64,000 nucleotides of DNA, taken from contig OZ243979.1 in the NCBI GenBank assembly GCA_965214755.1, forward strand, positions 2,691,251 to 2,755,250. The letters are read 5' to 3'. Source of the DNA: an uncultured Candidatus Binatia bacterium (GTDB lineage: Bacteria; Desulfobacterota; Binatia; Bin18). The notes under the pieces are model-generated. The model searched no databases. It was not told where the DNA came from and was given only the letters and a program-made list of their open reading frames with translations. Both the position numbers and the translations under genes were made by a program. Numbering within the stretch: position 1 is the stretch's first letter; every line of letters begins with the position of its first letter. Shown here one piece after another: positions 18,875-27,412 of the stretch.

Positions 18875-20107
18875 ATGAAGAAGTCGCTTGGCTGGGCATA
18901 CCTCTTCTTTGCCATGAGTCTTTTTGGCCTTGTTGGCCTGCATACGATCTACTTGGGAAAGCCGCTGAGGGGGACCTTTTTTCTGCTTACGACCTGGCTC
19001 GGACTCTGGGCCCTCACACAAGTGCTCATTCTTCCTTCGCCGAGTATCCCGCTTGTCATTGGTCTGGCGCTCCCGAAGCTCTATCAGAATTTTGTACTCA
19101 CCATCCCCTCCCCAAGCCTGCCCCTGGTGAGCGGGCTGCTGGCGTTACCTGTTCTTGGGGTATGGTGGTGTGTTGATCTCTTTACCCTGCCCCGGCAGAT
19201 CCGGAAAGCAAACGAGAAGAGTGAAAGAACACTTCGAGAGCTGGCTTGGGAATCATCGACATCGCTCCAAACTTCCAGTACAGTACGCTCCAAGACTCGG
19301 GCAAAAGAGGTGTGTATGGACGCCGCAATCATTAAAACCGATATCAGAGATTATATTGCCACGGTCACGATTGATCGCCCTCCCGTTAATGCCATGAACC
19401 GGCAGATGTTTGACGAGATTCAGGCCTCCTTTGACGCCCTGAACAATCGGACCGATGTCCGGGTGGCCATCTTTACTGGGGCGGGGAAATGTTTTTGCGC
19501 AGGCGCGGATATGAAGGCACGTTCGCGCTCACTGGATGACGGCGCACAACAACCGCGTCACGGGGCCATGTGGGCCCACTCGCGGGCGGCCCGCGAAGCT
19601 TTTCATTCTATTCTGGAATGTTCCGTCCCCGTCATCGGTGCGATCAATGGCCCAGCTCTCGGGGGAGGACTCGCCCTGGTGGCATCGTGCGATATGCTGA
19701 TTGCGTCAGAACGGGCTCTGCTCGGTCTGCCTGAAATTGATGTCGGTCTGCTGGGGGGCGGTCGCCATACCCAGCGCTTATTTGGTGTCTATAAAGCCCG
19801 CAAGATGATGTACACGGGAGAACGGATCGGCGCAGAGGAGTTATACCGTCGGGGCATTGTAGAAAAAGTTGTTCCGGCGGAGCGACTCATGAACGAAGCC
19901 CGGGCTCAGGCCCAGGTGATTGCCGCCAAAAGTCCGCTGGCCATCCGGCTTGCCAAACATGCCATGAATGCGATTGAGTTTATGGATCTGCGCGATGGTT
20001 ATCGCTTTGAGCAAAATATGACGCACGAGCTGACGGGGAGTGAGGATGCCAAGGAGGCCGCCCGGGCGTTTGTGGAAAAACGGGAGCCTGTATTTACAGG
20101 ACGATGA
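18875..20107 (+). CDS. enoyl-CoA hydratase/isomerase (crotonase) preceded in-frame by a TM2-domain-like membrane segment; crotonase may start independently at ATG 19316
   Basis: Residues 1-130 resemble a TM2 domain (GLHTIYLGKPLRGTFFLLTTWLG...GVWWCVDLFTLPRQIRKANE). From 19316 (RBS AAAGAGG) the sequence MDAAIIK...VAIFTGAGKCFCAGADMK...GGGLALVASCDMLIA is canonical crotonase. No stop codon separates the two parts. Confidence 0.6.
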   Translation: MKKSLGWAYLFFAMSLFGLVGLHTIYLGKPLRGTFFLLTTWLGLWALTQVLILPSPSIPLVIGLALPKLYQNFVLTIPSPSLPLVSGLLALPVLGVWWCVDLFTLPRQIRKANEKSERTLRELAWESSTSLQTSSTVRSKTRAKEVCMDAAIIKTDIRDYIATVTIDRPPVNAMNRQMFDEIQASFDALNNRTDVRVAIFTGAGKCFCAGADMKARSRSLDDGAQQPRHGAMWAHSRAAREAFHSILECSVPVIGAINGPALGGGLALVASCDMLIASERALLGLPEIDVGLLGGGRHTQRLFGVYKARKMMYTGERIGAEELYRRGIVEKVVPAERLMNEARAQAQVIAAKSPLAIRLAKHAMNAIEFMDLRDGYRFEQNMTHELTGSEDAKEAARAFVEKREPVFTGR

Positions 20108-20131
20108 ACACAACTGGAAGGAGAGACGGGT

Positions 20132-21475
20132 ATGCTGTTTGGCTATTTTACTGAGCGGCCGTATCGCTGGGTCAACGAAGACGAAGTGCTTGAGCACAGG
20201 GGATTCTTTGCCTTGCCCAACTCGCGCTTTGACCGCGACAAGGCCGCCGATGACTATAATTTTTTTCTGGACGAATACTGCTATGCCGAAGAAGTCGGCT
20301 TCGATGCGCTCATGCTGAACGAGCACCACGGGAACCCCTTCTGCATGGGCAGCGTCATGAATGTCGAAGCTTCCATCCTGGCGCGTATTACCAATAAAGC
20401 CAAGATCGTCCTGATCGGCAATCCGTTGCCAGTGCTGAAGCACCCACTGCGCATGGCCGAAGAGTTGGCGGAAATCGATCTGATCTCGCGCGGGCGCCTC
20501 GTGACCGGCTGGGTGCGTGGGGCCGGCAGCGAGCAGTTCTTTAATAATGCCAACCCGGCCTATAACCGGGAGATGTTCAACGAGGCCCACGACTTTATCG
20601 TGCAGGCCTGGACCAAGCCGGGGCCGTGGCGTTACGAGGGCAAGCATTTTCACTATCGGCATGTGAATCCGTGGGCCTTACCCTACCAGAAGCCGCATCC
20701 GCAAATGTGGATTCCCGGTGTACTGAGTCCGGAGACGGTGCACTGGGCGGCCCAGCATAACTACCCCTATCTGGCCCTGGTGACCGCCCTGAGTCCAACC
20801 TGCGACCTGCTGGACTATTACGCCGATACCGCGGCGGAAAACGGCTATCAGGCCGGCACGGAAAATTTTGCCTATTTGATTGGGGTATTCTGCGCGGACA
20901 CGGATGAAAAAGCGCAAGAGCTGGGCAAAGGATTTGTATGGGGTGGCGGAGCAAGTGCCTTCTCCAGACCGGAACACACCCTCCCGCCAGGCTATAATTC
21001 CAAAAACGCCATCCGCCTGCTTGCCCAGCGTCCGAGCGGCGGCTGGGTCGGAGTTGATTCGGACCGGCTCAAGGAGGCCCAGCAGGGCCGGAGAAAAAAG
21101 AAGAGTGCGAACCTGGATGAGGTCCGCCAAAAGCTGGAGAAATCGTATAAGCGCGCCCAGGACGACTACCTGATGATCGTCGGCTCGCCCAAGACGGTCA
21201 TTGAGAAGATCAAGACCATGATCCGCGTGCTGCGGCCAGGAACATTCGCCTGCTTCCAGGTTCAAGGACCAATCGGCAACGAGGACCGGATGAACAGCAT
21301 CCGTCTGATGGGCCAGGAGGTCATTCCCGCGGTCAAAGAATACGCCAAGGAAATCGACCTGGTCGATCAGTTCACCCGCGTCCCGGGCTCGGTCAAACTC
21401 ACGCCGGGCACACGCCGCCTGCCGGTCGTGGACCGCACGCCATTAAAGGACCTTGGCATGCAGCCGAGTTCGTAG
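20132..21475 (+). CDS. LLM class flavin-dependent oxidoreductase
   Basis: GFDALMLNEHHGNPFCMGSVMNVEASILARITNKAKIVLIGNPLPVLKHPLRMAEELAEIDLISRGRL is an LLM TIM-barrel. Paralogous to 9226..10455. Confidence 0.7.
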   Translation: MLFGYFTERPYRWVNEDEVLEHRGFFALPNSRFDRDKAADDYNFFLDEYCYAEEVGFDALMLNEHHGNPFCMGSVMNVEASILARITNKAKIVLIGNPLPVLKHPLRMAEELAEIDLISRGRLVTGWVRGAGSEQFFNNANPAYNREMFNEAHDFIVQAWTKPGPWRYEGKHFHYRHVNPWALPYQKPHPQMWIPGVLSPETVHWAAQHNYPYLALVTALSPTCDLLDYYADTAAENGYQAGTENFAYLIGVFCADTDEKAQELGKGFVWGGGASAFSRPEHTLPPGYNSKNAIRLLAQRPSGGWVGVDSDRLKEAQQGRRKKKSANLDEVRQKLEKSYKRAQDDYLMIVGSPKTVIEKIKTMIRVLRPGTFACFQVQGPIGNEDRMNSIRLMGQEVIPAVKEYAKEIDLVDQFTRVPGSVKLTPGTRRLPVVDRTPLKDLGMQPSS

Positions 21476-21627
21476 GACGGATTTCCCCTCACCGGTGGAG
21501 GGCCGGACAACCACAGTGGGTTGCCCCTACCTTTTATCCCCTCTCCCGCTGGGAGGGAGCCAGGGTGAGAGTTCCTCTTGTGGACACGGTTTGACCAGGG
21601 TGCTTCTGGTCGCTACTTTGCTTATGT

Positions 21628-21921
21628 ATGAGAGCGGTCGGAATAAAAGTACTGAACAGTCGGTTGAGCGAATACGTGCGGCTGGCTGCATCGGGCGAGA
21701 CCGTTCTGGTCACGGACCGCGACCATGTTGTCGCGGAAATTGGTCCCCCGAGAGAAACCAGAAGCCCAATTCTCGCCGATGCACTGCTGGCCGCGGCCGT
21801 GCGCAGGGGATGGCTGACGCCGCCGGCGCTGCCCGCCACGGGGGAGCCTCCGACGCCGCAACGAGTTGCGCCGTTACGCACTCTTCTCGGCGAATTGGAC
21901 GCCGATAGAAGCCAACGGTGA
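21628..21921 (+). CDS. type II antitoxin, Phd/YefM family
   Basis: MRAVGIKVLNSRLSEYVRLAASGETVLVTDRDHVVAEIGPP is a Phd/YefM-like N-terminus. 4-bp overlap with the downstream PIN gene. Confidence 0.6.
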   Translation: MRAVGIKVLNSRLSEYVRLAASGETVLVTDRDHVVAEIGPPRETRSPILADALLAAAVRRGWLTPPALPATGEPPTPQRVAPLRTLLGELDADRSQR

Positions 21922-22304
21922 TCTACCTCGATACCTCTGTTGCGCTCGCCCAACTTCTGGCGGAGGACCGACGCCCACCAGCCTCGCTTTGGGACGATAC
22001 CCTGACGGCCAGCCGATTGATGGAATACGAGGTCTGGACCCGGATTCATGCTCGCGGGCTTGCGGATTCATACGGCGAGGCCGCGCGCGGGCTCATCGGA
22101 CGGGTCGCGCTGCGGGAGCTATCCCCACCAGTGCTCGCGCGCGCCCTGGACGCCTTTCCCGTACCCGTCCGCACGCATGACGCCTTGCATCTGGCGTCAT
22201 GCGACTACCTGCGCAACCAAGGTCAATCGGTCTCGCTTGCCAGTTACGACCGCCGTATGACCGCCGCGGCCCATGCCCTGGCCCTCCCTGTCTACGACCT
22301 GTAA
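21918..22304 (+). CDS. vapC: type II toxin VapC (PIN domain)
   Basis: GTG start. IYLDTSVALAQLL..., HDALHLASCDYL, and the C-terminus ...AAAHALALPVYDL fit the PIN fold. Confidence 0.7.
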   Translation: MIYLDTSVALAQLLAEDRRPPASLWDDTLTASRLMEYEVWTRIHARGLADSYGEAARGLIGRVALRELSPPVLARALDAFPVPVRTHDALHLASCDYLRNQGQSVSLASYDRRMTAAAHALALPVYDL

Positions 22305-22585
22305 CCTTCCTGAACCGCACGACAGCTTACAGCCGGAACATGGTTCGCCTTTATACCACTCTACAGTGGCCCACAGCAGCTTCACGCAAGCGTGAGCGCT
22401 CTCCGACCCACTAGCGAGCCAGAGCGCTCATTTGTCATACCCTCTCCCTTGCCGCGTATGCAGCATCAAGGCATCTTAACGGAGGACATGATACAAATCG
22501 GGAGTCAGAGTCATTCGGACATTGCAGTTTTATCGTGGAAAGCCGCTGTCGCTTTGGTGGCGTCCTGTACCATGTCGGCAACGCC

Positions 22586-23913
22586 ATGATGCCAAGCCAG
22601 TTTATTACCAAGTGGCGCGTCTCAGAGTTGAAAGAACGCTCCGCGTCGCAAGAGCATTTCGTCGACCTGTGCCACCTGCTGGGTGAACCCACACCCGCCG
22701 AAGCCGCCTCCACCGGCGACCACTACTGCTTCGAGCGCGGTGCGCGTAAAGACACCGGCGGCAAGGGCTGGGCCGACGTGTGGAAGCGCCACCATTTTGC
22801 TGGGAGTACAAGAGCAAACGCAAGAATCTGGACGCAGCTTTCAATCAGTTGCGGCAATACGCCTTGGCGCTGGAAAACCCGCCGTTCTTGATCGTGTCGG
22901 ACATGGCGCGGTTCCGCATCCGTACCAATTGGACCAACACGGTCAGCCAGACCTATGAGTTCGAGTTGGACGGTCTCACTGACGCGGCTAATCGTGACAA
23001 GCTTAAATGGGCGCTATCCGACCCTGAGCGTCTACGGCCGGGCGAGAGCTGCCGGGCCCTTACCGAACGCGCAGCAATGACCTTTGCCTCGTTGGCGCAA
23101 TCGTTGTGCGAGCGCGGCCACGAGAGCCATGTTGTTGCGCATTTCGTCAATCGCCTAGTGGTCTGCATGTTCGCCGAGGATGTCGGCCTGCCACCGAACG
23201 ACATGTTCACTCGGATGCTGGAACAGGCCCACAAACAGCCCGAAGCGTTCGCCACTCTGGCCCGTGTTCTATTTGGGGCGATGGCCACGGGCGGCCTAGT
23301 CGACTTTGAGGCCGTGGCGTAGTTCAACAGCGGGCTGTTCGACGACAACACCGCCCTGCCGTTGGAGAAAGCCGACATTGACACCGTGCGCTCGGTGGCA
23401 GCGCTCGACTGGTCAGAGATTGACCCCTCAATTCTGGGTACGCTGTTCGAGCGCGGGCTTGACCCGGACAAGCGCTCTCAATTGGGCGCACACTACACCG
23501 ACCGGGATAAGATCATGCGGATTATCGAGCCGGTAGTGATCCGGCCTTGGCTGGCCGAGTAGGAAACTGCGAAAGCCGAGATCGTGTCCAGTCTGGAAAA
23601 GGAAACTGCCGCCAAGTCAGCCTCCGCACAGACCCGGCGGCGTAGACAGGCCAGACGCTTTCTGAGGGAATTCGTCGATCGGCTGCGGTCCTTCCCTATA
23701 CTCGACCCGGCCTGTGGTTCGGGCAATTTTTTGTATCTCGCCCTCCAGGCACTCAAGAATATTGAGCACCGGGTGCAGTTGGAGGTTGAGGCGTTCGACT
23801 TAGAGCGGGAGTTTCCCAAGGTCGGCCCGGCTAATGTCAAGGGAATTGAGATCAACCCATACACGGCGTGGCCTGTGGTGCGGCTCTTGAACCATTCGGG
23901 GCGTTCTCGATAA
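22586..23913 (+). pseudogene. MmeI-family (type IIL R-M / BREX PglX-like) N6-adenine DNA methyltransferase, N-terminal ~440 codons, disrupted and 3'-truncated
   Basis: FITKW..ELKERSASQEHFVDLCHLLGEPTP...GGKGWADVWKRHHFA | WEYKSKRKNLDAAFNQLRQYALALENPPFLIVSDMARFRI is the MmeI/PglX N-terminal module. A -1 frameshift near 22797 (expected ...HFAWEYK). An in-frame TAG at 23320 replaces the Y of the conserved (P)YFNGGLF motif (here VA*FNSGLF). A second in-frame TAG sits at 23560. SAM motif I FPILDPACGSGNFLYLAL is present. The ORF ends before motif IV (NPPF), so it is truncated. Confidence 0.65.
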
Positions 23914-23963
23914 ACGGCAGGCATGCTTCGGTTTGCGTTGACGACAAATCAGGGTAGGCTGGC

Positions 23964-24491
23964 TTGAAATTAAGCAAGCTACGGCGGGTAAAAGGCATGG
24001 TTAGCGATCAGACTCGAAACACCATTTGGCAAGGACTGTTGGATATGGCAAGGCTTGTCCGTTACTACGAAAGCCTGTCCGACCGGCATCGACGCAAGCA
24101 TTTTTGGATTCGCATCGTGCTACTTGCCGCGGCGGCTAGTGGTATTGCTGCCTTGCTTGATCTGTTTCCAGAGGTCATTCAGATTGTTGCCGGCGGTCTG
24201 GTCGCCCTATGTGTCGTATGGGATTTCGTGTCAGACTACGCAAAAAAAGCGGCCATCCTGCACGCAATCAGCATTGAATGCAGTGCTCTAGAGGTCGAAT
24301 GACAAGACTTGTGGGGCGATCTTGAGAACCTCGACGACACGGAGGCTCGACAACGCAACACCCGCCTGTCACGGAGACTCACCGAGGTCACCGGATGGGC
24401 GGGGCATACCGATATTCAAGAAGACCCAAAGCTGAATGAAAAATGCGAAGCCGCAGCCTACCGGGTGATGCAGGATCAGTATGGCGTCTGA
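23964..24491 (+). pseudogene. predicted 2-TM membrane protein (SLATT-like effector, tentative) interrupted by in-frame TGA at 24300
   Basis: LVRYYESLSDRHRRKHFWIRIVLLAAAASGIAALLDLFPEVIQIVAGGLVALCVVWDF has two predicted TM helices after an amphipathic N-terminus. The downstream ORF 24309..24491 is in the same frame, separated only by TGA. Confidence 0.3.
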
Positions 24492-24911
24492 CATGAGAAG
24501 ACGTACAGCCTCAGGGAAGCCCGCAAGGCCGGGTAAGACGCCACCACCTCCCCAGACCCAAGCCGGAGCAGGGCAAACCGAAACCCAACCAAGGCAAAAA
24601 GTAGCCCCTAGAGTTATTGCCGAAACCGACGGCTAGCACAGTTTTCACAGAGGTGTAGCGGGTAGGCGGCAAGCGTGTGAAGCGGGCAGCACCACTAGGC
24701 CGGAGGGCCTAGGCGAGCGGATTCGCTGGCCCTGCGGGAGCGGGTGGGAGCAGATCGGGAGGCGGGACTCCCGACCGCCGAGGGGCCCACAAGTAGCGGG
24801 TGCGTCCGGCGTGGGTCCGCCGCCTGCTACAGCGCTCCCGAGCGAGCGGCCACGTGGCCCCGCAGCGCCGGCCGCCGTTAAGCTAGTCCTCCCTACCACA
24901 GGAGGTGAGCC

Positions 24912-26046
24912 ATGCCTATTGATCTCGATACGTTCCTTGTCGCACTCTATACCATTGTGGACGATCTGTACCAGCAGCAGGCGGCCCCGGCCAAGCCGGT
25001 GCGCCGCGGTCCTCGGCCGACGGTGTCGGACAGTGAGGTGTTGCCCCTGGCGCTGTGTGCACAGTGGTGGGGGCGTTCGGAGCGGGCGTTCGTGCGCTAT
25101 GCGCGGGCGCAGTGGCGCACGTATTTTCCGCGCTTCCTCAGTCAGAGTGCATATAACCGGCGGTGCCGGGACTTGGCCGGGGTACTGGTGGCGCTGGTGC
25201 CAGCGGTGGCGCGGGAGCTGTGCGCGGCGAGGGCGGCGTATCAAGTGCTGGATACGGTGGCGGTCCCCTTGCTGCGCCGTTGTCGGGGGTGTCGGCGGCG
25301 ACTGTTTGGGGACGAAGCGGCCCTAGGGTGGGGTGGGAGTGATAAGGACTGGTACTATGGCTGTAAGTTGCTCTTGGCGGTACTGCCGAGGGGCGGGGTG
25401 ACGGGCTTCGTGCTCGCGCCAGCCAGTACCGAGGACCGCTGGCTGGCGGACGCCTTGCTGGGCTGGCGCGTCGCCCCCATGCCCGGCCCCGCCAGCGGCA
25501 GGACTTGCTCCGGCCACCGCGGGCCAACGGGACCCCGTATGTGGAGCCCACCGGGCCGCGGTGGCCGCAGTTGGGAGCCGGGGTCCCCAGCACGGGTCCC
25601 TATCTGGCCGATAAGGGCTTCTCGGGGGCGGGGTGGCAAACGCATTGGAAGCAGGACTATGGAGCACCCGTGCTCACGCCCCCGCAGGCGCGGGGTACAA
25701 CGTGGGCAAGACATTGCGGGCATCTTCAGGACTGACACGCCCCCGCAGGCGCGGGGTGCAACGCGCCACCGCTCCTTCTCCACCTCTTCGACCGGCCACG
25801 CCCCCGCAGGCGCGGGGTGCAACGAGTGCTCACGCCAAACGCCAACATAGCCGCTGGCGCCAGATCGTCGAGACCATCAATGGGCACCTCACCCGCACCT
25901 TTGGCTTGCACTTTCCAGGCGCCCGCACCCCCCACGGCTTACTGACGCGCATCGCGGCCAAGCTCGCCGCCGTCAATCTCGGCCTCTGGTTCAACCGTCT
26001 CTTCGGCCGCCCCCCATTGGCCCTCGCCACCCTCTTCCCTGCCTAA
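24912..26046 (+). pseudogene. IS982-family DDE transposase, disrupted (three frames)
   Basis: MPIDLDTFLVALYTIVDDLY...RRGPRPTVSDSEVL...WYYGCKLLLAV... | ...YLADKGFSGAGW...YGAPVLTPP | ...RWRQIVETINGHLTRTFGL...TRIAAKLAAVNLGLWFNRLFG match the IS982 pattern (M..L.ELF..i.c..DDF; DKGY; LiTP.rkN; IEt.F..LK). An extra GC-rich segment with a 14-bp inverted repeat (25512-25525 / 25553-25566) and a 122-bp repeat-spacer insertion break the frame. Confidence 0.75.
25675..25824. CRISPR. ectopic mini CRISPR-like array: 3 x 28-nt repeat (CACGCCCCCGCAGGCGCGGGGTGCAACG) + 2 unique 33-nt spacers, embedded in IS982 transposase ORF
   Basis: Repeats at 25675-25702 (one A/G variant), 25736-25763 and 25797-25824. Spacers are tgggcaagacattgcgggcatcttcaggactga and cgccaccgctccttctccacctcttcgaccggc. 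Period 61 bp. The repeat has the CCCCGC-loop-GCGGGG stem and a 3' ...CAACG tail like type I-E repeats. One repeat copy is native coding sequence (TPPQARGAT). Confidence 0.45.
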
Positions 26047-26092
26047 CAATGTGCATCACACGTACTGGGAGGGAGGCAGGATGAGAATTCCC

Positions 26093-27250
26093 CTACACCG
26101 GAGCCTCATGCATGCGCCAGGACTTCTTTCCCGCCGGGAGATTGAACAGCTTGGCGGCATTCTCCCGCATGATGTCCTGGCGTTGCTCCTCTGTGATATG
26201 GGCCGCGTGGTCGGCCAGTAGTTGCTGGGAGCGCGGCCAGGTGGAATCCGTATGCGGGAAATCACTGGCCCACAGCAATTGTTGGTGCGGCATGATATCG
26301 ACCGCATGAAACGCGGTCGGGTCGTCTTGGAAGGTCATCCATACATTGCTCTTGATATATTCGCTGGGAAGTTTTGACAGGCCGTCAATAATCCCGCCCT
26401 CGGCGTTAATCCTGGCGGCGTGGTCCATGCGATACATATAATGCGGCATCCAGCCGGCGTCGCCCTCGGCACACACCAGTTTCAATTGCGGATGACGCTC
26501 AAAGACGCAACCCAAAACCATGAGACCGACAACATCCTGGACGGCCCGGATGATGCCCAGAAAATTGTTCATCTCATGGCCTCGATGCGGCATGTTCAGG
26601 CTGCCGTCCCGCGAGGTCAGAATATGAAAACAAATGGGCAGTCCCAGGTCGGTTGCGCACTCCCACAGGGCGTCGTAGTCGGCGTGGTCATAGTCTTCGT
26701 AGATGGGCCGACCCGGCATCATCATGCCGACCATGCCCATGTCCTTGGCGCGCCGGAAATCCTCAATCGCGCTGTCTACGTTCAGGACCGCGGTCTGTGC
26801 CAGACCCAGGATGCGGTTCGGCGCTTCGCTGCACGTAGCCTGTAGCCAGCGGTTATAGGCCAACATGCAGGCGTTCTTATAGTCCGGGTCCCGGTGCATG
26901 CACAGACCCATCCCAATGGAGGCGTAGATGGCTTCAGCCGCAATCCCGTCCTGGTCCATATACGGAATTCGCGCCTGACCGCCATAGGCCCCCTCACGAA
27001 TATCAGAGAACCTGACTTTTTTTGCGCGGTTGTTGCGCTCCGTGACCGTGAAGCCGGCACCATCAATGAATCCCAGGGGAATCGGACGCTTCATGCCGTG
27101 TACGACAAAGGCGTCCGTACCATCGGGTTGTTCCACGATACGCGGGGCGACGGCGCGGTATTTTGGCTCAATATAGTCGATGTAACAATTGGCTGGCTCA
27201 CACACATGGCCGTCGGCTGAAATGATCCCTGCCGGTATCTCTTGCATCAT
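26093..27250 (-). CDS. amidohydrolase family protein (amidohydrolase-2; paralog of 1029..2138)
   Basis: MMQEIPAGIISADGHVCEP, ...WASDFPHTDSTWP. RBS GGAGAG before ATGATG. Same architecture as the first amidohydrolase. Confidence 0.7.
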   Translation of the reverse strand: MMQEIPAGIISADGHVCEPANCYIDYIEPKYRAVAPRIVEQPDGTDAFVVHGMKRPIPLGFIDGAGFTVTERNNRAKKVRFSDIREGAYGGQARIPYMDQDGIAAEAIYASIGMGLCMHRDPDYKNACMLAYNRWLQATCSEAPNRILGLAQTAVLNVDSAIEDFRRAKDMGMVGMMMPGRPIYEDYDHADYDALWECATDLGLPICFHILTSRDGSLNMPHRGHEMNNFLGIIRAVQDVVGLMVLGCVFERHPQLKLVCAEGDAGWMPHYMYRMDHAARINAEGGIIDGLSKLPSEYIKSNVWMTFQDDPTAFHAVDIMPHQQLLWASDFPHTDSTWPRSQQLLADHAAHITEEQRQDIMRENAAKLFNLPAGKKSWRMHEAPV

Positions 27251-27412
27251 TCTGTTGCTCTCCGTTCCAGATCGGATTGAGGATTACATACAAACGCTTG
27301 CGGCCCAGAGTACGGAAACAGCGGCTTCTTTTCAAGGAAGACAGGAGAAACCGTGATTTCTATAGGGACTTGTGGTAGGGGGGACAGCCACACAACGCAC
27401 TGGAGGAGGGCC

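Larger units (their letters stand above)
24884..26086 (+). mobile_element. IS982-family insertion sequence, degraded (approximate ends)
   Basis: Transposase ORF from ATG 24912. Imperfect terminal inverted repeats: agtcctccctaccacagg at 24884 versus the reverse complement of ctgggagggaggcagga at about 26068-26086. Ends are not exact. Confidence 0.55.

Noticed and set aside
24645-25822. ORFs 24645..25244 -, 24811..25326 +, 25138..25593 -, 25355..25822 - within or around the IS982.
   Set aside because: They overlap the recognisable transposase frame and consist of low-complexity Arg/Pro/Gly runs. They are by-products of GC-rich sequence.
25675-25824. Calling the repeat cluster a canonical CRISPR locus.
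   Set aside because: There are only three repeats and no leader or cas genes in the window. One repeat copy is part of a transposase coding sequence. It is better explained as an ectopic (off-target) acquisition product, and it is kept as a feature with moderate confidence.
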